This document shows, piece by piece, positions 37,220 through 47,523 of a DNA stretch of 64,000 bases. Each line of letters begins with the position of its first letter. Positions within the stretch are counted from its first letter, which is position 1. The notes beneath the pieces were generated by a model. It saw only the letters and a program-made list of their open reading frames with translations, did not search any database and was not told the origin of the DNA. A program made the position numbers and the translations under genes. The stretch is from Candidatus Eiseniibacteriota bacterium (GTDB taxonomy: Bacteria > Eisenbacteria > RBG-16-71-46): positions 54,222-118,221 of the forward strand of contig JBBRLX010000009.1 in assembly GCA_038231135.1 (NCBI GenBank), written 5' to 3'.

Positions 37220-38482
37220 ATGCGCGAGTTCCTTCAAGTCGTACCGACGTGGCCGGTGTACTGGTGGGCGCTGATATTCTTCGCGTTCTACCCGGTCGTG
37301 AGCGCCATCACCTGGGTGTCGACCGCATTCCTGTACTTCTACCTGCGCCGCGAGCGCGAGGACGAACGCGACCCGCGTGTCCCGCAGGTGCTCACCCATT
37401 ATCCCAAGGTGTCGGTGCTGATCCCCGCCTTCAACGAGGAGAAGGTCATCGCCGAAACGCTGGAATGCGCGACGAGCCTCGACTATCCCGACTACGAGGT
37501 CGTGGTGGTGGACGACGCGTCGTCCGACGGCACGCGCGCCGCGGTGCGGCCGTTCGTGGAAGCCGGCCGCGTGCGGTTGATCGCCAAGGAGCAGAACGAG
37601 GGCAAGGCGATGGCGATGAACGACGCGATCCCGTGCCTCAACGGCGACATCGTCCTTATCATGGACGCCGACGCCTCACCGGATCCCGCGATTCTGCGGT
37701 GGATGGTCCCACACTTCGAATCGGCGCGCGTGGCGGGCGTCACCGGCAATCCGCGCGTGGTGAATCGCGACACGTTCCTGACCCAGCTTCAGCTCGTCGA
37801 GTTCACGTCGATCGTCAGCCTGCTGCGCCGCGCCCAGCGGGTGTGGGGGCGCATCCTCACCATGTCGGGGGTCGTCGGCGCATTCCGCAAGGTCTCGATG
37901 ATCGACGTCGGGCTGTTCAGCCCCGAGATGGCGACCGAGGACATCGACATGACGTGGAAGCTGCAGCGCGCCGCCTACGACGTGCGTTACGAGCCGCGGG
38001 CGCTGGTGTGGATGAAGGTGCCGCGCACGCTGGGCGCCCTGATCTACCAGCGCAAGCGCTGGGCGCTCGGGCTCGCGCAGGTGATGCGCCGCTATCGCGG
38101 CGTGCTGGTGAGCTGGCGCGCACGCCGGCTGTGGCCGGTGTTCTACGAGTCGATCATGTCGGTGGTGTGGGCGTACTGCTTCGTCGTGCTCACCACGTTC
38201 TGGATCCTGTCCTACGCGTTCGGAATTCCACCGCTCGGGGTATCGCCGATCCCGAACTGGTGGGGCATGACGATCGGCACGCTGTGCCTGATCCAGCTGT
38301 TCACCGGCGTGTTCCTCGATTCGCGCTACGACAAGAGCATCGTGAAATACTTTCCGGTGGCCGTGGCGTATCCGATCGCCTACTGGATGCTGATGTCGCT
38401 GATCACGTTCTTCGCCACCCCCGCCGGTGTGCTGCGGCCGCGCCGGCAGGGCGCGGTGACGCAGTGGAGGACGGTGCGATGA
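37220..38482 (+). CDS. pgaC: Poly-beta-1,6-GlcNAc synthase (GT2)
   Basis: PAFNEE, MDADA, VTGNPR, TEDID, QRKRW, C-terminal TMs. Confidence 0.9.
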   Translation: MREFLQVVPTWPVYWWALIFFAFYPVVSAITWVSTAFLYFYLRREREDERDPRVPQVLTHYPKVSVLIPAFNEEKVIAETLECATSLDYPDYEVVVVDDASSDGTRAAVRPFVEAGRVRLIAKEQNEGKAMAMNDAIPCLNGDIVLIMDADASPDPAILRWMVPHFESARVAGVTGNPRVVNRDTFLTQLQLVEFTSIVSLLRRAQRVWGRILTMSGVVGAFRKVSMIDVGLFSPEMATEDIDMTWKLQRAAYDVRYEPRALVWMKVPRTLGALIYQRKRWALGLAQVMRRYRGVLVSWRARRLWPVFYESIMSVVWAYCFVVLTTFWILSYAFGIPPLGVSPIPNWWGMTIGTLCLIQLFTGVFLDSRYDKSIVKYFPVAVAYPIAYWMLMSLITFFATPAGVLRPRRQGAVTQWRTVR

Positions 38483-40257
38483 AGCGCGCGATCCTGGCCC
38501 TGCTGCTGCTCGCCGTGTGCGCCGGCTTTGCCGGGGCCGCGCCGGCGAAGCGCCCCACGACCCGCCGTCATCACGCCGCCGGCAAGTCGGCCCAATCGGC
38601 GCAGCCCGCCCCGGCACCCACGGATCCGGTGAAGGCGGCGTGGTCCGAGGCGCATGCGTTGTCGGACGCGGGGCACCACGACCGGGCGATCGCGGTGCTC
38701 GACAGCGCGCTGGCCGTGAACCCCGGCAACGTGGACCTGACGTGGCTGGAGGCCGCGGTCTACGGCGGGTCCGGCAACCATAAGGAGGCGGTGGCGCGCT
38801 ACGAGCGGCTGCTTGCCGTGCACCCCGAGCTCGCGCGCGACGTGCGGATGGACCTGGCGGGCGAGCGGCTGGCCGCCGACGATCCGGCGGGCGCCGTGCG
38901 CGATCTCGACCTGCGCATCGCCGAGGATCCCACCGACCGCGATGCGCGCCGCATGCGCGCGCAGGCGCTCGCGAACGCGAATCGGCTCAAGGAATCGCTC
39001 ACCGCCTACGACAAGTTGCAGGCGGAGGACCCGGACAACCTGGACGTGGCGCTCGAGCGCGCGCGCACGCTGGGCTGGATGGGCCGCCACGCGGAGGCGA
39101 TCGCGGCATATCGTGCGGTGCTGGCGCGCGACCCCGGCCGCGAGGCCGCATTGTTCGGCGTGGCCCAGAACGAGAACTGGGCCGGCCACAACCGTCGCGC
39201 CGCCGTGCTCTACGATTCGCTGCGCGCGTCCAGGTCCTCCGATCCCGAGGCCGACAAGGGCCTGGCGTTCGCCCAGTACTGGAGCGGGCACGCGGGACGC
39301 GCCCAGACGGCCCTCGACCGCTTCGTGGCGCGACGGCCGAACGATCCCGAGGCTCACGAGCTGGCCGACAAGCTGGCGCGCGAGCGCAGCGCCGGCTTCA
39401 CCGCCGGCTATGGCCGCGCCGACGACAGCGACGAGTTGCGCGTGGAGCAGCGCACGCTCGACGTGCGCCTGCCGCTGCCGGGCGAGGCGGCATTGCTGCT
39501 GTCGGCGCGCAAGACCAGCCTGCGCGATCCCGGCGGCACGTTCGACCCGATGCAATACGGCGCGGGTTTCGAGCGCACGTGGGGCGAGCTGTGGATCGCC
39601 CGGGGCGCCCTGTCCTACTACAAGCGCGACTCGAACACCGAGGCGTTCGGCCTCGGCGAGGCGTCGCTGACCTGGAAGCCGTCCGATCCCGTGCGGCTCG
39701 ACGCCGGAATCTCGAAGGACGCGATCGACACGCGGTTGTCGACCGAGCTGGGCATCACCGCGCGCACGCTCGTCGCCGGCGTCGACTGGAACGTGAACGA
39801 CGCGACGCAGCTGCATGCCGACGTGCGGCACCGCGACTACAGCGACGACAACCACGCCACGCAGCTCGCCGCGTCGGCGCGCCGCCGCGTGCACGCCGAG
39901 CGCCGCTGGCGCGCGTTCGTGGCGGCACGCGTGGAACAACTGCGCACCGACCAGGACCTCGACCACGGCTATTACGATCCGAAGCGCTACACCGAGGGCG
40001 GGCCGGGGCTCGAGCTCGAGTGGGAGCCGTCGCGCATCTGGTCGATCACCGTGGACGCCCGCACCGGCTGGCAGCAGGAACAGGGCGCGAACACGAAATC
40101 GTTCTACAACCTGAACGCCACCGCCGAGGTGCTGCTCGGCCGCGTCGCCACGCTGGCGCTCGATGCCGGCCGCAGCAATTCGAACCTCTCGGCCGAGAAC
40201 GGCTTCGAGCAGAAGCGCTGGGCGGTCTCGCTGTCGCGGAGCTTCTTCAAGCCGTGA
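38479..40257 (+). CDS. pgaA: PgaA-like export protein (TPR + beta-barrel)
   Basis: Signal peptide, TPR helices, barrel with GYYDP and terminal VSLSRSF; operon position. Confidence 0.7.
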   Translation: MKRAILALLLLAVCAGFAGAAPAKRPTTRRHHAAGKSAQSAQPAPAPTDPVKAAWSEAHALSDAGHHDRAIAVLDSALAVNPGNVDLTWLEAAVYGGSGNHKEAVARYERLLAVHPELARDVRMDLAGERLAADDPAGAVRDLDLRIAEDPTDRDARRMRAQALANANRLKESLTAYDKLQAEDPDNLDVALERARTLGWMGRHAEAIAAYRAVLARDPGREAALFGVAQNENWAGHNRRAAVLYDSLRASRSSDPEADKGLAFAQYWSGHAGRAQTALDRFVARRPNDPEAHELADKLARERSAGFTAGYGRADDSDELRVEQRTLDVRLPLPGEAALLLSARKTSLRDPGGTFDPMQYGAGFERTWGELWIARGALSYYKRDSNTEAFGLGEASLTWKPSDPVRLDAGISKDAIDTRLSTELGITARTLVAGVDWNVNDATQLHADVRHRDYSDDNHATQLAASARRRVHAERRWRAFVAARVEQLRTDQDLDHGYYDPKRYTEGGPGLELEWEPSRIWSITVDARTGWQQEQGANTKSFYNLNATAEVLLGRVATLALDAGRSNSNLSAENGFEQKRWAVSLSRSFFKP

Positions 40258-42188
40258 TCCCGCTCCGCCCGAGCCTCGCGCCGCTTGCGGTCCTGCTGGT
40301 CGCGACGTCGTGCGCCGCGGCGCCCCGCGTCACGCCCGGCGCCGCACCGCTCGTGGCGGTGCTCTGCTACCACGATGTGTCGGACGACCCGGGCGCCGAG
40401 CTGCAGACGGTGCCGGCAAGGTTCCTGCGGGCCCAGATCGAGGCCTGCAAGCAGACCGGGTGGACGTTCCTGTCGCTCGCGGACCTGCTCGAGCGCCAGC
40501 GCAAGGGCACGCTGCCCCCGCGCAGCATGGTGCTGACGTTCGACGACGGCTATCGCAGCTTCTACGACCAGGCACTGCCGGTCCTCGAGTCCGAGCACGT
40601 GCCGGCCACGATCGCGATCATCACCTCGTACACCGATCACCCGCCGGCGAACCTGCCGCCGCTCATGAGCTGGGACCAGATCCGCGCGGCCGAGCACGCC
40701 GGCATCGAGGTGGCATCGCACACCCACGATCTGCACCACTACGAGACCGACAACCCGGTGCACGACACCGCACCCGGCGTGTCCGCGCGCCTGTGGCTCG
40801 ACGCCACGAAGCGCTACGAGACCCGCGAGGAGTACCGGTCGCGCATCCGCGCCGACCTCGCTGAATCGCAGCGCGTGCTCACGGCCCGGCTCGGACACCC
40901 CGTCACCGCACTCGTGTGGCCCTACGGCATCCACAACGACATGGCGCGCGGCCTGGCGGACCAGGACGGGTTCCATACCACGCTCGCGCTGGGCTGGCGC
41001 GACGCCGAGCCGCGCGACTTCGAGCTGCACTGCCTGCCCCGCATCATGGTGACGCGGGACCTGCGCTTCGCCGGCGCCAGCCTGTCGTGGCTGCGCCAGC
41101 CCCAGGGCACGATGCGGGCGGCGGCGGTAAGCCTCGACGATCTCTACGACCCCGACATGACGGTGTGCCGCGCGCGGCTCGACGCGATGATCGTGCGGCT
41201 GCGCGCGATCGGCGCGACGCACGTGCTGCTCGACGTGTGCTCGAACCCCGCCGCCGACGGCCGGCTCGAGCAGGTCTACATGCCCGGCAGCCAGGCGCCG
41301 ATGCGGGCCGACCTGTGGACGCTGGTCGCCGCCAAGCTGGCGAACGCGAAGCTCAGGGTGTGGGTGCGCGCCCCGTCGATGAACCTGACGTGGGCGTGGC
41401 AGCGGCACCCCGAATGGCGGCTCGGCGCCGATCCCCATCCAATCGCGAATTCGTCGTTCGGCGAGAGCGCGGACGAGCTCGAGGCGCGCACGCTGAAGCG
41501 CTGGCCAACGCGGCTGTCGCCGGAACTGCCCGCCGTGCGTCAGGCCGCCGCAGACTTTTTCACCGACATGGCCGTCTACCTGCCGATCGACGGCGTGCTG
41601 TTCGACGACGACGCCGTGCTGCTGCCGGGCGAGCGGCTCGCGTCCAGGCCCGTCGCAACCCCGGCCGAGCGCGCCCAGGCGGTCGACGGGCTGATCACCG
41701 GCATCGAAGCCGCGGTGCGGGCGTGGCGGCCGGAATGCCGGTTCGGTCGCGTGGGGGGTTCTGAAGGCGTGCTGTCCGAGGGCGCGTCGAGCGAGACCGC
41801 CCAGAACTTCGGCCAGATGCTGCAGAGCATGGATCGCATCGTGGTGCGCGCCGATGCCGGCGATCCCGCGTTCGCGCGCGATCCGCAGCGCTGGGTGCAG
41901 GTCGTCGGGCGCCGTGCGATCGAGCGCTGGCGCGCGGACGAGCAGGTTCGCACTGCCACCACCGTGAAGCGCGGCATCCCGGCCGCGGCGCTGCAGCGCG
42001 TGCCGCCGCTGCTGCTCGAGTTGCCGATCGCGGGCCACGCCCTCGACGGCACACCCTACGCCGGCCGGCTGCCGGCGCTGCTCGCCACGGCGCGCCGCGC
42101 GGGGTTCGAGTCGTTCTCGATCGGCCCTGTCACGCCGGCCAACGAGTCGGCCATACCGCCGCGGGTGCTGGAGGCGGCCGGCCGCTGA
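40254..42188 (+). CDS. pgaB: PNAG de-N-acetylase / GH153 lipoprotein
   Basis: Lipobox ATSC; LCYHDV, TFDDGY, SHTHDLH, WPYG; C-terminal PMRADL, RLSP, DGVLFDDD. Confidence 0.88.
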   Translation: MIPLRPSLAPLAVLLVATSCAAAPRVTPGAAPLVAVLCYHDVSDDPGAELQTVPARFLRAQIEACKQTGWTFLSLADLLERQRKGTLPPRSMVLTFDDGYRSFYDQALPVLESEHVPATIAIITSYTDHPPANLPPLMSWDQIRAAEHAGIEVASHTHDLHHYETDNPVHDTAPGVSARLWLDATKRYETREEYRSRIRADLAESQRVLTARLGHPVTALVWPYGIHNDMARGLADQDGFHTTLALGWRDAEPRDFELHCLPRIMVTRDLRFAGASLSWLRQPQGTMRAAAVSLDDLYDPDMTVCRARLDAMIVRLRAIGATHVLLDVCSNPAADGRLEQVYMPGSQAPMRADLWTLVAAKLANAKLRVWVRAPSMNLTWAWQRHPEWRLGADPHPIANSSFGESADELEARTLKRWPTRLSPELPAVRQAAADFFTDMAVYLPIDGVLFDDDAVLLPGERLASRPVATPAERAQAVDGLITGIEAAVRAWRPECRFGRVGGSEGVLSEGASSETAQNFGQMLQSMDRIVVRADAGDPAFARDPQRWVQVVGRRAIERWRADEQVRTATTVKRGIPAAALQRVPPLLLELPIAGHALDGTPYAGRLPALLATARRAGFESFSIGPVTPANESAIPPRVLEAAGR

Positions 42189-42189
42189 C

Positions 42190-45114
42190 CTACCGCGCCC
42201 GCCCGGAATCGGGCGGCGCCGGCGCTTTCGACGCGATCGCCGTCGCGATGCCGTGCGTCACGCGCGGCAGCCGGTCGGCGTACACGAAGTGATCCGAGTG
42301 ATCCATGGTATGGCACTCGAGACACACGGATTCCGGCACCGCGCGGCGGATCGTGGCGCGTGACGGCTGCGCCACGTGCCGGCCGCCCGGACCATGGCAG
42401 ACCTCGCACTGCACGTTCACCAGCTTGTCGCCGCGGTCGCCGATCCGGTAGCCGGCCGGGGTGCCGTAGCCGACCACGTGGCATACCACGCAGCGCGGCT
42501 GGTAGTGGCGGTGCACGTCGAGCAGCGTCTTGAACGCATTGGCGTGCGCCGTGGTCTTCCACTGCGCGGTCTCGGCGGCATGGCAGCTCGCGCAGATCGC
42601 GGCGCCCACGTAGGTGCCCGTCATGCGCGCCTGGTCGTGCGGGAACAGCGGCGTCACGCTCGCCTGCGCGGAGTCGCTGGCGCCCACCCGGCTGTAGAAC
42701 CGCGTGAGCATCGCGCGCATCGCCTGCTCCTCGGGCACGTCGTCACCGAGCCACGCGGACGCGATGTCGGCCGACGACACGCGGCCCGCGGCGTCGAGCC
42801 CGACGACGGCGCTGCCGACGCCGAAGCTGTCGAGCGTCGCGTACAGCACGAGCGTGCGGCCCACGAAGCCGGGCGAGTCGCCCTCTTCGAGCGACACCTC
42901 GCCGTCGGTCTCCGTGCGCGTCACCGACTGGTCGGTGCTCGAGATCACGAGGTCCACGTCCGGGCAGGCCTGGACCAGCCGCCTTATCGTCGCGGGCTCG
43001 AGCCGGCCCGCGACCACCACCAGGTCGGCATGGGCGCGCAGCGCGGGATATGCCCGCTTGAGCGTCGCCACCGGATCGTCGATCGACAGCCCGATCGCGG
43101 CGCGCTCGGCGGCGGGATCCGCGCTGCTGCCGCGCGGCGCTTCGAACAGCCCGATCACGCTCACCGCCACGCCGCCCACCCGCGTGCTCTGGAACGGCAC
43201 CGCCGGGCGGTCGTCGCCGTGACGCACGTTCGCGAGCACCCACGGCAGCGCGGTCGGGCGCGCGGCATCGCGAAACACCTCCACCCCCTGCGCGAGCTCG
43301 GTGGCGCCGACCACGACCGCGTCGTAGCGCATCGCCCGCAGCGTCGACAGGTAGAGCTGCTGCTCCAGGGCGGCGAGCGCGTCATGGTCGAACCGGCGCG
43401 CGGGTGCGGGGAACGTCGAGCCGGCGTCGACGACCATCATCGGCAGGTGCCGGGCGCGCAACTGCGCGAGCACCGTCGCGCGGCGCGCCACGCCGCCCGC
43501 CTGGTGCACCTTGCAGCCGCAGTTCTCGAGGTAGCCCTCGGTGTTCGCCGTGAACGCGAACAGCAGCTGCCGGCGCACCGGTCCCCCGGCCGGGGCCGGC
43601 TCCGGCGTCGCGGCGGCGAACGGAAAGAACCCCTCGGCCGGCAGTGGCTGGCTGCCGCTCACGTAGCGCGACCGGAACGCCTCGGCCGCGGGCCTCAGCG
43701 CCCGCGGAATCCCGGCCCAGAACGACGGCGCCGGCAGCGCCCGCCCGAGCCAGCCGAACGGGCCGGGAGCCGCGGACGCGCACATCGCGCGGATCGCGGT
43801 CTCGACCGGGGCGCGCGATGCCGCGTCGCACTCGACGCCCGACGCGACCGCGTTCTTCTGCGCCGCATCGACGAGCGCGCGCTCGAGGCTCAGGAGCGCG
43901 AGCGGCGTCACCACCGCCGGCTGCGGCCCCGACAGCTCGTCGGGATGCGGATCGGGCGTCTCGAGCGTGGCGCCGGTGTCGTTCCCCACGAGCGCCGTGG
44001 CGTATTCACCCGCGAGATCGCGCGCGATCTGCGTGTCGTCGGCCAGGCCGGCGCGCGCCACTGCGCGCCACGCCACCAGCTCGCGGACGCCCTGAAGCAC
44101 CCAGCGCTCGTCCGGCGCATGCGGCTTGAGCGCGTTCGGCGCGCTGACCAGCATGGCGTCGACGAGCCGCGTGGCGAACGTGTGCAGGCGGTCGGCGGTG
44201 AGCGGCGCCAGCGTGCCCCCCTGCCCGCTGGCCCAGCCGCCGCCGATCAGGACGTCGCCGTCGGGAGTCTCGGGCATCACCTGGACCGTGTAGTCCGCCC
44301 CCAGTTCCCGGCCCAGCGTGTCGTGGATGTAGCGGATCGCCCGCTCGAACGCCGGCATCATGCGGGCGCGCTCGGTGGTGGGGATGGTCGCTTCGAACAC
44401 CAGATGGTAGGTCGTCCGGCCCACAACCAGGTCACGGGTGTCGAACGTCCCGAACGCGAGCGACGACAGCAGCAGGTCCTCGGCCTCCCACCGGCCCGCG
44501 ATGCCGGGCCTCAGCCAGTCGTCGCGCCGGCGCCACGGCGTCACCGCCCGCCAGCCCTGCGGGTGCTCCTCGCGCACGCCGATGCGGAACGAGCTCCCGA
44601 CCCCGGCCGGCACCAGGAACAGCGAGCGGCCGGTGGCGAACACGCCGCCCGCGCCGGCGGCGCCGAAGCTGCGGCCGGTCCAGCCGACGTGCGCGTCGCC
44701 CTCGCGCTGTGCGGGCATGACCCGGTACCGCACGGTGAGCAGCGGCGGCAGCGGGCCGCGCAGCACGAGGCGCGGCGCGAGCCCCAGGACATCGCTCGAC
44801 CGCACCGAATCGACCGTGAAGCCGCCGCTGCCAGGCGCGTCGACCGTGACGTCCGCGAGCCGCATCGCATCGGTCGCGGCGTGGCCGAGCAGCTCGAGTG
44901 AGTCGCGGGGGGCGCCACGCACACGCAGCTCGACACGGACCGACCCCAAGCGCGCGTCCCGCGCGTCGACGTCGTAGCGCACGCCCGGAGCACAGCTCGT
45001 GAGCGCGGCCAGGAGTCCCAGGACGGCGGCGGCGGGGACGGCGGCGGAGCGGGAGAACCAGGCAGGCGCGAACCGCGCGCGGGCGAACCTGAGGCGGGCG
45101 AACAATGAGCTCAC
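42190..45114 (-). CDS. Large lipoprotein: degenerate M61/M1-like peptidase fold + UshA-like (CGC motif) domain + tetraheme c554-like domain
   Basis: LTSC lipobox; GYLENCGC...GGVARRA; heme motifs CASCH, CVVCH, CEVCH, CLECH. Confidence 0.75.
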   Translation of the reverse strand: MSSLFARLRFARARFAPAWFSRSAAVPAAAVLGLLAALTSCAPGVRYDVDARDARLGSVRVELRVRGAPRDSLELLGHAATDAMRLADVTVDAPGSGGFTVDSVRSSDVLGLAPRLVLRGPLPPLLTVRYRVMPAQREGDAHVGWTGRSFGAAGAGGVFATGRSLFLVPAGVGSSFRIGVREEHPQGWRAVTPWRRRDDWLRPGIAGRWEAEDLLLSSLAFGTFDTRDLVVGRTTYHLVFEATIPTTERARMMPAFERAIRYIHDTLGRELGADYTVQVMPETPDGDVLIGGGWASGQGGTLAPLTADRLHTFATRLVDAMLVSAPNALKPHAPDERWVLQGVRELVAWRAVARAGLADDTQIARDLAGEYATALVGNDTGATLETPDPHPDELSGPQPAVVTPLALLSLERALVDAAQKNAVASGVECDAASRAPVETAIRAMCASAAPGPFGWLGRALPAPSFWAGIPRALRPAAEAFRSRYVSGSQPLPAEGFFPFAAATPEPAPAGGPVRRQLLFAFTANTEGYLENCGCKVHQAGGVARRATVLAQLRARHLPMMVVDAGSTFPAPARRFDHDALAALEQQLYLSTLRAMRYDAVVVGATELAQGVEVFRDAARPTALPWVLANVRHGDDRPAVPFQSTRVGGVAVSVIGLFEAPRGSSADPAAERAAIGLSIDDPVATLKRAYPALRAHADLVVVAGRLEPATIRRLVQACPDVDLVISSTDQSVTRTETDGEVSLEEGDSPGFVGRTLVLYATLDSFGVGSAVVGLDAAGRVSSADIASAWLGDDVPEEQAMRAMLTRFYSRVGASDSAQASVTPLFPHDQARMTGTYVGAAICASCHAAETAQWKTTAHANAFKTLLDVHRHYQPRCVVCHVVGYGTPAGYRIGDRGDKLVNVQCEVCHGPGGRHVAQPSRATIRRAVPESVCLECHTMDHSDHFVYADRLPRVTHGIATAIASKAPAPPDSGRAR

Positions 45115-45126
45115 CCGATGAGACTA

Positions 45127-45156
45127 GAGCCGGTGGCAGTCGAACGCCACCGGCTC
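45127..45156 (-). terminator. Hairpin downstream of the ompA-like gene
   Basis: GAGCCGGTGGC-N8-GCCACCGGCTC. Confidence 0.6.
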
Positions 45157-45179
45157 CGTCGTACCATCTTGCGAGCGAG

Positions 45180-46808
45180 CTACTTCTTGCGGGTCGTGTC
45201 CGCGGGCGCGCTGCCGCCGGCGGGCGGCAACACGACTCCACCGGGCGCGGGCTTGCTCTCGCCCCCCGGCGGCAGCACGACGCCACCGGGCGGGGGCTCG
45301 CCGGGCGCCACGCCTTCCGATCCCGGCGCCACGATGCGCGTGGTGTCGGCCGGCGCGCCACCCGCGGGCTCGTCTTTCCGTGCCGGACGCCGGCGCTCGA
45401 TCTCCTTCTTGAGCTCGCCCTTGTTGAGCACGACGAATTCGACGCGCCGGTTCAACGCCATGCCGGCCTCGGTGCTGTTGGTGGCGATCGGCCGCGAGTA
45501 CCCGTAGCCCTTCGTCTTGAACTGGCTCTTATGGAGCTGCGGGAACGTGGCGAGCAGGTAGTTGAGCACCGACACGACCCGCGCCTCGCTCAGCTTCTGG
45601 TTGTATTTGAGGCCGCCGCGGGGATCGGTGTGGCCGCCGATCTCGATCTGGAGCGTGGGCCAGTTCGACAGCACCTTGCCGACCACTTCGAGCGCCGGCT
45701 TCGACGGCTCGAGGATGTCGGCCTTGCCGGTCTCGAAGTTCACGTTCTGCAGCCGGATCATGCCGGTGTCCATCAGCTCGATCTCGCGCTCGACGGTCTC
45801 GAGCACGCAGCCCTTCTCGTCCACCTGCAGCCCGGCCGGCGTGTTCGGGCACTGGTCGATGCCGTCCGGCACGCCGTCCTTGTCGCTGTCGATCGGGCAG
45901 CCCCTGGCGTCGACCTTGGCGCCGGTCGGCGTGTTCGGGCACTGGTCGATGCCATCCCACACTCCGTCGCCGTCGCTGTCGTGCGGGCAGCCCTTCGCAT
46001 CCACGGTCGCGCCCTTGGGCGTGTCGGCGCATTGATCCATGCCGTCGCACACGCCGTCACCGTCCGAATCGATCGGGCAGCCCCTGGCGTCCACCTTGCA
46101 GCCGAACGGGGTGTTGGGGCAGGCGTCGAGGCCGTCGTAGACGCTGTCGCGATCGCTGTCGAGCGGGCAGCCGTGCGCGTCGACCTTGGCGCCGATCGGC
46201 GTGTTCGGGCACTGGTCGAGCCAGTCGCGCACGCCGTCGAGATCCACGTCCTTGAACTTGCCACCGAGCACGTACTGCAGCCCCACGGTCGCCGCGAAGT
46301 GGCTCACGACATCGGGCGTGCGATCGCGCATCATGATGTCGCGCACCTGCATCCGCAGGTAGGTGCGCGGGCCGGCGAAGTTGAGCAGCAGCCCGAGTCC
46401 CAGACTGCCGGCGGTGCTGTTGAGCTTGACCGGGGCGAGGGCGTCGCTCTTGTCGGTGGCGTAGCCGACCCCGGTGAGAATGTAAGGCACGGCGCGGCTG
46501 TCCGACGTCCGCAGGTTCAGGCGAAAGTCGCCGCCGTAGTAGGTGAAGTCGTCCTTCACGTCCGGGAAGCGGGACGCCTTGGAGAACGCGGCGACACCGG
46601 GCACCTCGAACGAGATCCACGGCGTGAGGCGCCAGCCGAGGCTCAGGGTATATGCGGGCGCGCTCTTGATGCCGGCGCGGTGATCGAACCCCAGAACGCC
46701 GGCACCGCCCGAGATCTCGAACGGGCGTCCCGCGACCTGGGCCACAGCGGGTGCAGCGGCGGAAATCAGCAGAGCGGCGGATAGGACCGCGCGCTTCGAC
46801 CACGTCAT
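45180..46808 (-). CDS. OmpA family protein (beta-barrel + TSP3-like Ca-binding repeats + peptidoglycan-binding domain)
   Basis: Signal peptide; NFETGKA, GHTD, NQKLSEAR, GYG, NRRVEF; AAGGAGG RBS. Confidence 0.93.
   Translation of the reverse strand: MTWSKRAVLSAALLISAAAPAVAQVAGRPFEISGGAGVLGFDHRAGIKSAPAYTLSLGWRLTPWISFEVPGVAAFSKASRFPDVKDDFTYYGGDFRLNLRTSDSRAVPYILTGVGYATDKSDALAPVKLNSTAGSLGLGLLLNFAGPRTYLRMQVRDIMMRDRTPDVVSHFAATVGLQYVLGGKFKDVDLDGVRDWLDQCPNTPIGAKVDAHGCPLDSDRDSVYDGLDACPNTPFGCKVDARGCPIDSDGDGVCDGMDQCADTPKGATVDAKGCPHDSDGDGVWDGIDQCPNTPTGAKVDARGCPIDSDKDGVPDGIDQCPNTPAGLQVDEKGCVLETVEREIELMDTGMIRLQNVNFETGKADILEPSKPALEVVGKVLSNWPTLQIEIGGHTDPRGGLKYNQKLSEARVVSVLNYLLATFPQLHKSQFKTKGYGYSRPIATNSTEAGMALNRRVEFVVLNKGELKKEIERRRPARKDEPAGGAPADTTRIVAPGSEGVAPGEPPPGGVVLPPGGESKPAPGGVVLPPAGGSAPADTTRKK
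45802..46251 (-). repeat. Five 90-bp coding repeats (TSP3-like DxDxDGVxDxxDxCPxTP)
   Basis: Five 30-aa units ending KVDAxGCP or similar, visible in the translation. Confidence 0.85.
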
Positions 46809-47046
46809 GCGGACGAGCCTCCTTGCAACACGGACAGCGCGTGGATGCTGGAACGATACGGGGATGGTATTCCGGCGGTTCCGGTCCCACAGCCGGCGCG
46901 GGCAGATTCGGGGTAAGTGCTACCATCGGGCGCCACGGAAGGTCAACGCATACCGGCGGTTTGCCGCGATCGGACCCGTCGACGCCGGAGCGTCCTCCAC
47001 CGCCGCGGCAACCCATGCGATACACACCTGAGCACCGGAGACCTCG

Positions 47047-47523
47047 ATGACATCGGACGAACGCGAACGACTGATCGCCCGCTACGCCGCGGGCCCGGCG
47101 GAGGTCGACCACAGCCTCGCTGGCTTCACGCCCGAGCAGCTCACCGCCCACCCGATCGCGGGCAAGTGGAGCGCCGCCGAGATCGCGCATCACCTCGCCG
47201 ACAGTGAGAGCACCGCGGCGTTGCGACTGCGGCGCCTGATCGCCGAGGAGTTGCCGGTCATCTCAGGCTACGACCAGGAGTTATTCGCCGAGCGTTTGCG
47301 CTACAACCAGCGCCCGATCGCGCCGTCGCTCGAGATGTTCCGCGCCGCCCGCGCGACCACCGTGCAGGTGCTGCGGCTGATGGCGGAGGCCGACTGGACG
47401 CGCGAGGGCTGGCACACCGAGGCCGGCCACTATTCGACCGAGACCTGGCTGGCCATCTACGCCGATCACGCGCACAACCACGCCGCCCAGATCCGCCGGC
47501 TCAAGGAGGCGCTGCGGGCGTGA
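47047..47523 (+). CDS. DinB/YfiT family protein
   Basis: GKWSAAEIAHHLADSE, YDQE, HAHNHAAQI. Confidence 0.88.
   Translation: MTSDERERLIARYAAGPAEVDHSLAGFTPEQLTAHPIAGKWSAAEIAHHLADSESTAALRLRRLIAEELPVISGYDQELFAERLRYNQRPIAPSLEMFRAARATTVQVLRLMAEADWTREGWHTEAGHYSTETWLAIYADHAHNHAAQIRRLKEALRA

Noticed and set aside
43505..43535. Selenocysteine in the UshA-like CGC motif
   Set aside because: Both codons read TGC, with no in-frame TGA, so this is the Cys form.
45802..46251. Possible CRISPR-like regularly spaced repeats
   Set aside because: In-frame 90-bp protein repeats inside OmpA; no unique spacers and no cas genes in the window.
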